Shown: positions 31,901-42,058, numbered from the stretch's first letter. The stretch is 64,000 nt of DNA from Dehalococcoidia bacterium (GCA_965262725.1 OZ253555.1:320001-384000), one strand, 5' to 3'. The notes: a model not told the origin generated them from the letters alone. Numbers and translations: made by a program.

Positions 31901-33009
31901 ACAATCGCGCGCGTTCCGCTGTCGGCGAGGTTCTGAACGGCCCCCTTGATGGCCTCGGCGCCAGTCTCCCCCTCCACCGCGTAGAGCACCAGACTCGTGA
32001 GACCCTCGGATGCCCCTTCGCCAGGAACCCCCCGGCGGAGGGCTTCGAGTACGAGGCGAGACTTGCCGATTTCCGCCAACCCAACCAGGCGGCCTACGCT
32101 CCGAGGCTGTCCGATCGCTACTCGCTCGCGCAGGAAAATGCCGATCTCGTCAAGGCGCCGGTCCTCCACCCAGGGCGAACCATCGTGTTCGGCGCGGTCG
32201 GCCCAGTGGTGCCACGAGCGAAACGGGCCAAGGAGGCCGGGGCTCGCGCTCTCCAGGAGCGAGTGGGCAACCGCTGGATGAGCGTTGATCCATGCAGCAA
32301 GCTGGCTAGCGTCCCGGAAGCGAACTCGGGCACCATGGATGTCCAATCCGGCGCGGAGGAGCGCGTCGAGCATCTTCTCTTCTCGCGCCGCGATCTGCTG
32401 CTGCGTGTACGGGCGGGTGGACAGCATGATGTAGTGCCCCCCGCTCTCAAGGGCGGAGCGGATCATCGGTTTGACCTCTCCGGTTTTCGTGACCATCTCG
32501 CGCCCTGCCGCTGCCGGCCCGATGCTCCCGGTCTTCAGCTGAAAGAGACAAAGTCGGCCGGGAAGGAAGGGAGTTCGCTCTTGTCGCTCCTCCCAGCTGA
32601 TGCGCGCGTCCTCGCCTCCGTCGGGCGCATCAATGTTGTCCGTAACGTGAATACCATCAGCTGGAAGGCCTTGAGCGAGGGCTTCCGCGTGTAGCAGCAG
32701 GCGCACGCACCTCTGAAGCTCCAGCTTCGACATGGTGGCCACGTGGTGGCTCGTCACCCCGAAGGGAAGAGGTCGAGAGACTGCGGGGTGTGACCGTCGG
32801 TCGGGATACAACTTGCCGAGAGCCCCCGGATCTGCCTTGAGGAGAAGGAGCAAGTTCACGATCGCCGCTGATGGTGCCACCGTCCCCGTTTCGTACTTGG
32901 CGAAGGCGTTCGGTCCCCCGCCGATCAGTTCGCCGGCCTCGCGTTGCGTTAGACCGAGGCTCTCCCGGACTACGCGGATCTCGTCAGGCTCAAGCGGCGC
33001 GGTGGGCAT
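28948..33009 (-). CDS. 1353-aa MqsA-like HTH + PD-(D/E)XK-like nuclease + STAND-like P-loop + helical repeats
   Basis: LTQREAGELIGGGPNAFAKYETG; DGGED...QLKTG; GLAEIGKS; IVVVDRC; long helical C-terminus. Confidence 0.75.
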   Translation of the reverse strand: MPTAPLEPDEIRVVRESLGLTQREAGELIGGGPNAFAKYETGTVAPSAAIVNLLLLLKADPGALGKLYPDRRSHPAVSRPLPFGVTSHHVATMSKLELQRCVRLLLHAEALAQGLPADGIHVTDNIDAPDGGEDARISWEERQERTPFLPGRLCLFQLKTGSIGPAAAGREMVTKTGEVKPMIRSALESGGHYIMLSTRPYTQQQIAAREEKMLDALLRAGLDIHGARVRFRDASQLAAWINAHPAVAHSLLESASPGLLGPFRSWHHWADRAEHDGSPWVEDRRLDEIGIFLRERVAIGQPRSVGRLVGLAEIGKSRLVLEALRRGVPGEGASEGLTSLVLYAVEGETGAEAIKGAVQNLADSGTRAIVVVDRCAPESHRVLARMVLRGTSQLSLITVDDEEPDTLRDETLRVEPAPPSVTEAIVNRLAPGLAAADQSRLVHFSQGFPGIAILVTQAWLDSLPVARATDEQLVDAYVLGRTPHDPGILLKSATLLATFGLVGIERPVDGQVARIARLGLDVTPDALRTGAKRLAERGVARWRGRYVSIEPRPIAMRLAERQWKDWSEDTWDEVLADSSTPTTFGDDPSLNVQAARQLKLLNTLGIARAVLTHVCRYGGPFDGLEGLLAPGHAEVLSQLAEIDTGIVAAQIERSLEDVEDLASIAGDARRHLVWALERIAFASQTFEEGASLLLRLAAAENEDWSNNATGQFLALFPLLLAGTEADGTQRLVLLDDLGATDDPTRRELVARALTAGLELDQFSRIAGPEAHGSRPALKEWRPKTHDEAYGYVRGCANRLVGLAVHPDQAGSLARGSLGTALGPLIRHGLIDVAELIVEQVGAAGAHWTEALTALESTLADPEILEDGALSDRIRALAQLVQPKSLEARVHFSVTDMPWDHLAAAGQNYEKQRQRQVEEVRELAAEAVQQTETLKALLPQLSRGQQRMTDAFGEAIARLARPANYWLEPMIRAIEEAPQEERNYGLLVGYVIGIADTEPDVVESLKWRAVESSVLAPTLPLMCSTLGVSPIDVGLVIAALQSGHLSPRWLTWGTIGSGLTDVPPPVAIPLFDAMLDHSGEAFAGALDLMGLYVHRDRDRLDALRPQVRKIAENALRWPWASQPHGNTAMHQFEEILTWMLERGAADEDASATAFTLARAVANVADYDGTRVIERVLPSLLSNFPGVSWPLIGSAIVSAEPVRAFLLQSLLGGGVRWGRGEYTAPILRLPEDALIAWCHAHPERAPAFAARVVGFLKAREGDGRELVVHPVLVRLIAEFGDRKDVTEAAMSNMSTGGWWGPEEGYWSTYQEPITQLLDHPHPNVRRWAKATLRSLRAIIEDARVRDAEEEALSGD

Positions 33010-33024
33010 CTGAACAATCCTGAT

Positions 33025-33050
33025 ACCATGATGGTGTAAACAACATTACA
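33025..33050. promoter_or_regulatory. Operator-like palindromes upstream of the HTH fusion gene
   Basis: ACCAT-G-ATGGT (33025-35) and TGTAA-N6-TTACA (33035-50). Confidence 0.45.
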
Positions 33051-33186
33051 TGACCCATGCTAGTCGGCTAGCCCCTCGACCGCAACCCCGACCTGCACTC
33101 GTCCGGGATTCCGGCCCGTCCGGAACTCGGTGTCAGTTGGCGCATGACCCTGGTGGCGCGGTCGCGGCGGGCGAGCACCCCCGACG

Positions 33187-33900
33187 TCAGCGGCGCCGCC
33201 GGCGCCGGCGCTTTCGCCATTCCTCCATCGTCTGCGCCCCCTTGCTGAGGTTGCACCTGGCACAAAGCGCCTGCAGGTTTTCGCGCGCATTGGTGCCGCC
33301 ACGGGCGATCGGCGTCATGTGGTCCACGTGGGCGGTGGCTACCGTGATGGGTCGGCGGCATCCGGGGCACCGTCCGCCCGTCTCGGCGACCAGGCGCGGC
33401 GCGTGGCGACGCAGCGGGGCTCGATCGGTGGAGCTGGCGATGCACGCCTCGCACCTCGGCGCTCTCAGGCGGTCGGGGTGGAACAGGTACAGCCCGCACT
33501 TCTGGCAGCGGTAGCGGTACATGAGGGGCGGGAGCGGCAGGCGCAGCTCCTTGCTCGCCACGTGGCGATCGTAGAGGTGACGGACCGAGCGATTGCCCAC
33601 CCACCGACGCCCCGCCTCGAGCATCGCCAGGTAGCGCCGACACTTCACGCACGGCTCATGCGGCACGGGGTCGCCGGCGAAGCGCCGTGTTGGTGCGTCC
33701 TCGGGGCGGTAGGTATCCAGGCGACCGAGGATCACGCTAGGCCAGCCCGCAGGAGGTGGAGACGGCACGCCCCAGGCGCGCAACTGGGTTCGTGAGTAGC
33801 CACCTCGGGCCGTGCGGCCGGCGCGCAGCCCGTCCCCGGTGACGCGAGCTGCCGCCCATCCCCACCACGTGGGGGAGCGCTGCTCGTCAGTCAGTGGCAT
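33187..33900 (-). CDS. HNH endonuclease with extra Cys pairs
   Basis: CPGC...HVDHMTPIARGGTNARENLQALCARCNLSKG. Confidence 0.85.
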   Translation of the reverse strand: MPLTDEQRSPTWWGWAAARVTGDGLRAGRTARGGYSRTQLRAWGVPSPPPAGWPSVILGRLDTYRPEDAPTRRFAGDPVPHEPCVKCRRYLAMLEAGRRWVGNRSVRHLYDRHVASKELRLPLPPLMYRYRCQKCGLYLFHPDRLRAPRCEACIASSTDRAPLRRHAPRLVAETGGRCPGCRRPITVATAHVDHMTPIARGGTNARENLQALCARCNLSKGAQTMEEWRKRRRRRRR

Positions 33901-34127
33901 CGTCTGCACCCGACCCACCCAATGTCTCACCTGTCATGGCGAGCCTTACGATCGCGGTGGCACGCCCAGCTCGGCCAGCAACCTCCCGATGAGGCGGTCA
34001 GGGCCAGCAGCTTGTCGCCGGCGTGCGCTCGTCCTGCTGCTTCGGGGCCAGTTAGTGCTTCGCTCCTATTTCCGCACGTTCGATATCGGGCATCCCTAGG
34101 CTCGCTGGTCGACCCCGTCTACGCTGT

Positions 34128-34694
34128 TCAAGCGTCGGTTGAGTCGCTGGCGAGTATCGGGGCGCCAGATCTGCCCCGGTCCCATTGGTAGATCGGCGAT
34201 GCGTGCGAGCCTCGGGCATCAGTCCAGCCGATCTTCATGAGAGAGTGGTCCGAGACGTGCAAGTCCCCTGGTACGGGCGGGTGGAATTCATACTCGGCGA
34301 AGGAAAACGAGCCGAGTCCCTCGAGGCGCTCGCGGTAGAACACACCGCCCTTGTCGCCTTGGCGGTATGCCACCGAAATGTTGGTGGCCTCACCCCGCCC
34401 GGTGTTCTGGACCAATATCCAGAAGGGGGGGATCCCCCACATTCGCCCCGCCGTCCCTTCGGATGTGCGCGCCCGCTCCCGATGCGCAATAATGAGATTC
34501 GCGAGTCCTTCTTCTGCCCGACGGGCGTGCTCGATCTTCACGAGCTCTGCGGTCGCATTGGCCATCTCTCTCGTAGCGGATGCCATACCGCTGGTCTTCC
34601 AGGCCAACCAACCGGTGGCAATCGCAAGCAAGGCCGTCACCACGGCAAGGACGAGAGTGCCGATCGCAGTCCAGTCCCCGGCTAGATCATCCAT
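34128..34694 (-). CDS. Hypothetical membrane-anchored protein
   Basis: WTAIGTLVLAVVTALLAIATGWLAW TM, coiled segment, then ILVQNTGRGEATNI. Confidence 0.65.
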   Translation of the reverse strand: MDDLAGDWTAIGTLVLAVVTALLAIATGWLAWKTSGMASATREMANATAELVKIEHARRAEEGLANLIIAHRERARTSEGTAGRMWGIPPFWILVQNTGRGEATNISVAYRQGDKGGVFYRERLEGLGSFSFAEYEFHPPVPGDLHVSDHSLMKIGWTDARGSHASPIYQWDRGRSGAPILASDSTDA

Positions 34695-35850
34695 CGGTAC
34701 AAGATAGACGACCCATACCTTTGAGGCCCCATGCGCGCGGGTAGCGCCGTCACCGCAACGCTGCGGTGCGGCGCCGGCACCTCCGAAGAACAACGGTAGC
34801 CCACTCCGGGCGGCTGTCCTGAGAACACAGCCAGCCGGGGGCTCGCCCGCGACCGCATGAGAGGATACTCGCCTCCCAGCCCGTACCCTCTCGTCACACC
34901 GGATCCCACCGAACATGGCCACAACTTGGCCACAAGATCGGCCCACGCGCAGCCTTCACGGGGGTGGTCGGCTAAGGGCACGCGGTGGACCACACCGGGC
35001 GTGACCATGCAGAGCCTGGGGCTCCGAGCGATGTCGCTTGAGCTGCGTAACGCACGCATCTGAAGCCCGCCGAGCGCGGCGTCCATCTACGCGGCAACCC
35101 GGCGCAGCGGCTCGGCCGCGACTCTGGACGTGGGTATCGGGCTCGCGCCTCCGAAGGTTTCTCCAGCCCTCCGCGAAAGAGCGAACCAACGAGGGCAATG
35201 ACCCTGGCGAAGTGGCACATAGACCCTGGCGATTCACATGATGGCTCCAAAATTCTGGGGCGCTAAGCTCGATCCTGTCCGATCCCATGCGGTCCCTCTG
35301 AGTGCCGACCAATCCTGTTCGCTCGGCCAATGCCGAGGCTGGTGTTGTCTTCTGTACCGGCTCGTCCCAGGCAGTACCACCCAACATGTACAAGATGTAC
35401 CCACTGCAGCGGAGCTGACCGGCCTGACGGGACCCCTTCGTGAGACCGAAGCCGAACCGCGTGAAATTGCCCCGCTGAGCACGTCCGCGTAATGCCGGGC
35501 GACGCAGCCATGCAACGCAGTGTCTCGTTCACTATCGAGAGGCCGGTCCTGAGCTGGCCACGCCAATACTCCCGAGGGAGGCGGGCGCGTTCGTGCACAC
35601 GCTGAAGAGGCAGACCGCTTCGCGCAGGACGACGTCGCGGGCGCTCCAGTTGAATCGTTCGAGCGCGGCGAAGCGGAAGTCATCGTAAATACGTCCCCGC
35701 CGCCTCCGTACGCACGCTCGACGATCTTGCCCGTGAGTCTCCGCAGGCGGGCCGCTGGGCGGCTTTGCGGTCGCCCGGAGACGCGGCCGGGACCGGCCTC
35801 ATTCGGCTGAGGCGCGTCTTTGCACGGGCCGATCACGTAGACTCACTGAC

Positions 35851-36552
35851 ATGCCATCGAGGCAGCATGAGCAGTGGAAAGGCGCGTTCCTAGACTTGCT
35901 CCTTCGGAAGCTGACGCCCTGCGCCTACTGCTCGCTCGGGCTTCGTGACAACCATCCCCCGTGGCACCTCTACGAAGAGCGCTCGATCGCCTCCCAGTTC
36001 ATCACGTGGAGGTGTCGTTCCGGCGGACACGACCACATCTTCGACCTGCTCGACGGAGCCGTCCGCGCCGTTGCCGAACGGCGGCTGTCACGGGCGCAGG
36101 GGGGTTACTGCGTGCCCGACATCACGATGCTCGACGCGCGCGACGAGCCAACGGCGCTGCTCGAGGTCGAGCACACCCATGCGCCGGAGCGCTCGCTCAT
36201 CGCCGCCGGGGAGCGCGACATCCCGCTCTTCGTGGTGTCCGCCCCGGCGGACTGGCTGCTCGAGCCCGGCTTCGCTCCGCCCGAAGCCTGGGGCCACACA
36301 GCCGAGGATCGCGCGCTGCGCGAGGGGGCGGACGCGTTCAACCGTTCACCGGGCAGCGACCTCAGCCGCCGCTTCACGTACTCCACCGTCGACGAGGATG
36401 ACGGCCACCTCGCCTCCGGTCGCTACGTCGGCTCCGCGCCCGGCCCCGGCGACCGGCCCCCGTTGCATGGCCACGCGATCCAGGCCCGAAGCTGCTCGTG
36501 GTCGTGTGATCGCGCGCACGAGGCCCTGAAGCGGCAGTGGCCCGGGCACTAG
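35851..36552 (+). CDS. Putative PD-(D/E)XK-type nuclease (CoiA-like core) with Cys/His motifs
   Basis: HEQWK, CAYC, and YCVPDITMLD...ALLEVEHTH. Confidence 0.6.
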   Translation: MPSRQHEQWKGAFLDLLLRKLTPCAYCSLGLRDNHPPWHLYEERSIASQFITWRCRSGGHDHIFDLLDGAVRAVAERRLSRAQGGYCVPDITMLDARDEPTALLEVEHTHAPERSLIAAGERDIPLFVVSAPADWLLEPGFAPPEAWGHTAEDRALREGADAFNRSPGSDLSRRFTYSTVDEDDGHLASGRYVGSAPGPGDRPPLHGHAIQARSCSWSCDRAHEALKRQWPGH

Positions 36553-36670
36553 GCGCGGGAGCCTCGGCAGAAGGGCGGCGGGGCTCATTCTCAATGGAAA
36601 GACGTTCAGGCCCGATGGGGTCGCCTCGCTCCTTCTTCGCCGAGTTTGGGTCGGCTGGGACTACAGGGCG

Positions 36671-36850
36671 CGCGACCAAGGGCTCATGAGACCTCCAGAA
36701 TCGGTGCTGATTGGTCCCGGGACGTGTGACTTGGTCCCTCTCCAATCCTGAATCGAGCGGTCGCCGTCACGCCGCGTCCCCTGTCGTACCGCCCTGTGCC
36801 TCCGTGTTGATCCCCAAATTGATCCCCAATTATTGTCCTTCTTAGCAATT
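36671..36850 (-). repeat. att-arm module with tentative tRNA-Met(CAT) core
   Basis: Minus strand GGTCTCATGAGCCCTTGGTCGCG (copy 2 has CTCATAA); tandem TTGATCCCCAA at 36807 and 36819. Confidence 0.65.
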
Positions 36851-37208
36851 GCATCTTTTTGGCCAAGTGGGGTCGCCGACATCTTGGGGGCCCCAACGGC
36901 TTTTTTCGTTTCCGGACAGGCGTGCGGCGCAGCTCCCGGGTGAGACTCACGATGGCGGCTCGACGACGACAGCGGTCATCGCCCGCTCCTTCCCGCGCCG
37001 GTTCGTCGCTGCAGGCCTGGGCGAACAACACTGTGGGCCCGGGCGGGACCGGTCCGTTGGCGTGCAGTTCGCCTGAGCGGGCCCCCCAGAACGTGATGCG
37101 TGCTGCGGCGACATGCTAGCGCCGGATCACCAGCGGCTCCAGCGGGCCCGGCGCCCCCGCCGATGTCGAGCTGCGTCACGCGGCTCCGAGCGGCCCCTCG
37201 CGGACTGA

Positions 37209-37733
37209 CTAGCTGCGCTCTCGCAGGAAGACGATCAGATCCAGATCGCCGGGCGAACAACCCAACTGGGTCAGGCGGACGGCCGCCTCGGCGCGGTACT
37301 GGGTTCCGTGGTTGACAAGGTGCGCCACCAACTGATCGAGTTGCTGTTCGTTGGCGACTCCAGACTGGTTCCTGTACACGACGGTGCTTGTCGCTTCGTC
37401 GTCAGTCAGAGCCGAGGCGAATTGGTGTTGCCTGGATTCCTCTTCGCGCCACGCCCCCACAAGTGCCTGGAATGTCGGAAGCTCGGTCTCCGCCAACTGA
37501 TCTGACCGTCGTGCATCGGCGAGCTCGTCCGGCGGCAGACGACCCTCCCAGCGCGCGAGCCACACGATCTCGGAGACGACGATGTGTACAAGCGTCGCAT
37601 GCAGACTGCCGAAGCTCAGTCCGTCGGCCCGCGCAAAGTAGTCCGGGTCGCTCGTCTCCGCGGAGCGGTCGATAATCAGCTTGTTCGCCCAGCGGTTGTA
37701 GTCGAGTAGCAGTCGAAGATGGTCAGCAGTCAC
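37209..37733 (-). CDS. DinB-family protein
   Basis: YNRWAN, SLHATLVHI...WLARW and HLVNHGTQYR...DL motifs. Confidence 0.88.
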   Translation of the reverse strand: MTADHLRLLLDYNRWANKLIIDRSAETSDPDYFARADGLSFGSLHATLVHIVVSEIVWLARWEGRLPPDELADARRSDQLAETELPTFQALVGAWREEESRQHQFASALTDDEATSTVVYRNQSGVANEQQLDQLVAHLVNHGTQYRAEAAVRLTQLGCSPGDLDLIVFLRERS

Positions 37734-37838
37734 TCGGGGAGTCTGTCCGCTCGCTGCGACTTGCGCAATCGTGTGCAGCCAAGATGAGACGGCGCCCGCC
37801 AGCGTCGGGGCGAGATCACGAAGACGGGCAACAACCAC

Positions 37839-38390
37839 GTGCAAATGGCGCGGCGTGTCGGCGCCCACGAGCAGCGGGTGCTGGACGAGGAGGAGCTGGG
37901 TGCGCTCCTGCGACAGGTCGACGGGACGGCGCACGATGCACCGATCCGGCTGACGCTCGCGACCGGCCCGCGCCAGGGTGAGCTGCTGGCGCTCCGCTGG
38001 GAGGATGTCGAACTCCGCCGCGGCGAGCTGACCGTCAATCGCAACGCTACAGGTCCTCCCCGCGGAGGGCGTCCGCTTCCGGCCGCCCAAGACGCCGAAC
38101 GCGCGCCGCACGATCGAACTCTCGGCCGCGACGGCCGCGCTGCTGGAGCGGCACCGGCGGGCGCAGGGGCGGCAGAGGCTCCGCGCCGGATCCTCTTGGC
38201 GCGACCGGGGGCTCCCCTTTCCGTCGCAGGTCGGCACGCCCTGGCTGCCGCGGAACTTCTACCGCGGCTACAGGGCCCACGTCGCGGGGGCCGGGATTGC
38301 GAGGCCCAAGGCGGTCGTGTGGCACACGCTTGGCCACACCGCTGCCACGCACTGGATCAAGACCGGCGTGGAGATCCACGTCGTGAGCCA
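37839..38390 (+). pseudogene. Degraded phage-type tyrosine integrase
   Basis: TGPRQGELLALRWEDV, frameshift, PKTPNARRTI, and HTLGHTAAT (catalytic R>G); truncated. Confidence 0.85.
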
Positions 38391-38673
38391 ACCCCGGCCC
38401 ATCCCAGCTCCGTGGTTTCTCGACGAATCGCTGCACTCGGTCTTGGTCGTCGATCACAAGGGCTCCGCCCGCCGCGGATGTCGCGGCTGCGAGCGGCCCC
38501 CGCTCGCTCCCGTCGCCCGGCCCGCACCTGCTCGCACCCCTCCGACCGTGCGCAGCCCGCAGAGTGCGGCCGGCCGCCGAGCGGCGTAGCGCCGGCCTCG
38601 GCGCGCCCCGCTCCGTGGCCCGCGGGTGCGCCGCGCGCTACGGTGCGCGGGCACACGTGGGACGGAGAGGCGC

Positions 38674-39489
38674 ATGGCCCTGGAGCCGACCTTCGAGCGA
38701 GACGGCGACCGGATCATCCCGGGCGAGGCGGCCCGCGGGCCGTGGAGTCGCGAGACGGTAGGCGGCGGCCAGCTCACCTCGCTGCTCGCCTCGGGCGTCG
38801 AACGCCACGCCGACGACGACCTGCACCCCGCGCGCATCACCTTCGATCTCTTCCGCGCCGCACCGTGGGCGCCGCTCGCGCTCACGACGCACGTCGTCCG
38901 CGACGGGTGGCGCATCCGCGTCGTCGACGTCTCGCTCCAGCACGAGGGCGTCGAGGTCGCTCGCGCGTCGGGGCTGCTGATACGCCGCTCGCAGGAGCCG
39001 CCGGGCCAGGTCGCGCAGCCGCCCTCGAACGCGATGCCCGCGCCCGAGGGCTTCGAGCCGGACCTGCCGTTGGACCCGAAGGCCAAGCGCGACCCGCGCG
39101 CGGGCGAGAGCCGCAGCGTGCGCCGCACCGGCGGCGCGGAGCCCGCGATCCGCTGGATACGCCGCAGCGCGCCGCTGCTCCCCGATCACGAGCTCACGGC
39201 GCTGGAGCGCGTGGCGGCGGCGGCCGACGCCGCGAGTCCCGTCTCGAACCGCAGCGACGAGGGGCTCTACTTCGTCAACCCGGATTCGACGCTGCTGCTG
39301 CACCGCCTGCCCGTGGGCGAGTGGATCTGCGTGGAGACGGTCGCACGCGGCGCCGCGGACGGCGTCTCCGTGGCGACCTGCATGCTGCACGACACCTCGG
39401 GCCCTATCGGCAGCGCGACGGTGGCCGGCGTGGCGACCGCGCTCAACGAGCTGATCGGCCGCCGCGCCTCGCACGCCCCCGGCGCCTGA
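38674..39489 (+). CDS. Thioesterase-family (double HotDog) protein
   Basis: GPWSRETVGGG, ARITFDLFR, AAAAD and FVNPDSTLLLHRLPVGEWI motifs. Confidence 0.85.
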   Translation: MALEPTFERDGDRIIPGEAARGPWSRETVGGGQLTSLLASGVERHADDDLHPARITFDLFRAAPWAPLALTTHVVRDGWRIRVVDVSLQHEGVEVARASGLLIRRSQEPPGQVAQPPSNAMPAPEGFEPDLPLDPKAKRDPRAGESRSVRRTGGAEPAIRWIRRSAPLLPDHELTALERVAAAADAASPVSNRSDEGLYFVNPDSTLLLHRLPVGEWICVETVARGAADGVSVATCMLHDTSGPIGSATVAGVATALNELIGRRASHAPGA

Positions 39490-40292
39490 GCGCGCCCACC
39501 CGCGCCACCTCGACAGGCCGCGGAGCACCGGGCTGCGGCGGGTGCCGGCGCGCGCGCCGGGCGGCGAGCTGCACCGAGGCAGCCCCCCGATGCTGCGGCG
39601 CCGCGTCGGCACCTACGGTGGATCGCCAACGGCTGGAGGCTCGCGTGCGCCGTCGACCGTCACCGCCTCGCCGCGGCGCGGCCCCGCTCGAGGCGCGCCG
39701 GGCGGGCGCCGCCATGGGGCGTCGGCGGTGAGCCGGCAGCGCTGGCGCTCGCGCGCGGGCGACGACGCCGGCGGCGTGGGAGCGCGCCCCGTGGCGATGG
39801 GCGCGACGGCGGCGGACGGGCGGTGGCTCCGGCGCATCGCGGTCGCGACGCCGGACCTGGTGCGCCAGGCGCTGCCGTGGCTGCTCGCCGCGGTCGCGCT
39901 CGCGGCCGTCGCCGCCTACATCGTGAGCAGCCTGACGAGCCTCCGTCACACCGCGCGCGTCGCCGCCGAGCTCGGCGACGTGCGCGCGGCGGGCGCGCTG
40001 ACGATCGGCGCCGCCTTCACCCCGATCGAGTTCGGCGGCGGCGAGGGCGCGGTGCGCGCGACCTCGGGCGCGGCGCTGCAGCGTCTGGAGGAGACACGGC
40101 CCGAGGTCGAGGCGCTCCTCGGCCCGGCCACCGCCGAAGAGCGGCTGCGCGCCGTGGAGCCGTCGCTCGTCGATCTGCGTGACGGACTGATCGCGCTCGA
40201 TGGAGACGGCGACGCGTTCGTCCAGAGCGGGGCGGCGGTCGCGTTCGTCTCGTTCACGTCACAGGTGTCCGCTCCATGCCAGCCGGATCATG

Positions 40293-41126
40293 TCAGTCAT
40301 GATCACTGTGTCGATGCCCTTCTCTCCTCCACACAATGCGCATACGCGTTCGGCGTACGTACAGAAGACCCAGTGCAGCCAGGGCGATCGCCCCGGCCAC
40401 TAGGCCCATCGCCCAACGCCTAACAGGGGGATCGGGCGATGTCGCCTCGTCCGGCACAGGGGGATTGGGCGACAGCGCCTCTCCCGGCGCAGGAGGGTCA
40501 GGCGGTGTCGCCTCTCCCGGCACAGAAGTGACCAACCCGGCTTCGGGCAACCGACCCTCGCCCAGCACATCGATGTCCGCCTGAGCGTCTTGAAGTCTCC
40601 CTGGCCGCGAGCAAGCGTTGGTCGCCAGGCTGCCCGTTAGCGTGCTACTCCCAGTATCGTCTTCCGCGATCCGATACGCGTACACAAGATATTGGCCGCC
40701 CTCGCGAAAGTTGGCAGTGCACGAAGTCGTAGGATCCACCAGAAAGATCGTTGAGAATGGCTCTCCCTTCCACACGCGAGAGACCCGTAGCTCAACCACG
40801 CGATAGTAACCGGCCGCAGGATCATAGGACCCGACCGGATCGCTCATATTCACTACGCGTCCGGCGAACACGGCGGCCGAGCGCGCGAGCATGTCCTCTG
40901 CGGATGGGAATTCCTTGCAGAGGCACGCAGACGCACGCTCGGGCGTCCAGAACAGTGCGAGGCTGAGGAGCAGCGCCACGGCTGCGAGACGCACCAACCA
41001 CGTGCACCTGGGAGGCACCGTACACACGGCCGGCAGCCTTGGGCGGTGCGCCCGAGACGCCGCCAGGGTCGCGATCAACGCGAGCCGCCGCGAGGTCGCG
41101 ACGATGAGAGCGCCCCGCAGCATCAT
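40293..41126 (-). CDS. Secreted TIMP/NTR-like protein with Pro-rich linker and C-terminal TM
   Basis: Signal ending ASA-CLC, VFAGRV, WKG, SC...YLVYA...CSR; start uncertain. Confidence 0.7.
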   Translation of the reverse strand: MMLRGALIVATSRRLALIATLAASRAHRPRLPAVCTVPPRCTWLVRLAAVALLLSLALFWTPERASACLCKEFPSAEDMLARSAAVFAGRVVNMSDPVGSYDPAAGYYRVVELRVSRVWKGEPFSTIFLVDPTTSCTANFREGGQYLVYAYRIAEDDTGSSTLTGSLATNACSRPGRLQDAQADIDVLGEGRLPEAGLVTSVPGEATPPDPPAPGEALSPNPPVPDEATSPDPPVRRWAMGLVAGAIALAALGLLYVRRTRMRIVWRREGHRHSDHD

Positions 41127-41586
41127 TGCCGTAGCCTACATCGCACCTCGCAAGGCGTGACCCAATGAGGAACTGCGTAACGCCTGCTACTGGGTGCGAA
41201 ATGGATCCAATCCATGCCCAGTTTGGCGATCGTTACTTCCGCACGGAACTTGAGCACGTCCCGTGTGCAACATCGATCGCCTGCTCGGAACATCGGTCGG
41301 ACTCGGGCTCAAGACTGGCGGCCCTTGGGCAGCACGAGAGGGCCGGCTGCGTTTGGGGACTGCTGTGGCAGCGACGCGCAGGGCACAGGGAGCGAGCCAC
41401 TGGTGCGCCGCCGGGACGCACTGGATCAAGGCCGGCGTGCCGGTGACAGCGCGCCGGCGACCGGTTGCTCATCGCCGGGTCGAGGATGGCAGGGGGCAAC
41501 GAGCCATGCCAGCGCTGCCGGTCTTCGCGATCTCGGACGCTACTGGGACCGCAGTGAGAATATAAGGGGGCAGGCGATCTAGCATT

Positions 41587-41630
41587 TGGTGGACCTGAGG
41601 GGGCTCGAACCCCTGACCTCCACACTGCCA
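41587..41630 (-). tRNA. 3' half of tRNA-Ala(GGC); att fragment
   Basis: TGGCAGTGTGGAGGTCAGGGGTTCGAGCCCCCTCAGGTCCACCA; its arm differs from the other Ala modules and ends in tandem ATGGCCCAAA (41759, 41770). Confidence 0.88.
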
Positions 41631-41814
41631 GTGGGCTAGGCTCGATCCCGTCGCGTTTCCCCACATCCCGCCATGGGGAGTTTCGTACCTGCGCATTGGG
41701 GTATCCCGGCGCTCTGGACGCGTCTCATCCCGGGACAACCCGTCACGTACCATGAAACATGGCCCAAAGATGGCCCAAACGCCCCGCGAGCGCGGCTGCC
41801 GAGTTCGCCGTGGA

Positions 41815-41859
41815 CTGTCACGGTGGAGATCGTCGGTTCGAATCCGATCGGGGTCGCCA
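41815..41859 (+). tRNA. 3' half of tRNA-Asp(GTC); att fragment
   Basis: CTGTCACGGTGGAGATCGTCGGTTCGAATCCGATCGGGGTCGCCA followed by tandem TTGGGGCCATT (41917, 41928). Confidence 0.85.
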
Positions 41860-42058
41860 CCATCCAAACCTGAAACCGGGCTCTTGGACGCTGCGGGTCG
41901 TGCCGCGTGGGCTCCGTTGGGGCCATTTTGGGGCCATTCGCGCGATCAAGCGACCCGGTGGCCCGCTCTATCCCGAATCCGCCCCGAGCTGATTCCCAAT
42001 TGCTGGCTTCCTTAGCAATTGTGTCCCGGCCGGATTGCGGGCGCCGACCATGCGAGGT

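Larger units (their letters stand above)
35258..36850. repeat. About 1.6-kb duplicated unit, copy 1 (Ala att arm, non-coding DNA, nuclease-like gene, Met att arm)
   Basis: Colinear, slightly diverged match to 54542-56131. Confidence 0.9.

Noticed and set aside
37839-39731. 630-aa ORF as a novel integrase fusion
   Set aside because: A frameshifted integrase remnant running out of frame over the thioesterase gene.
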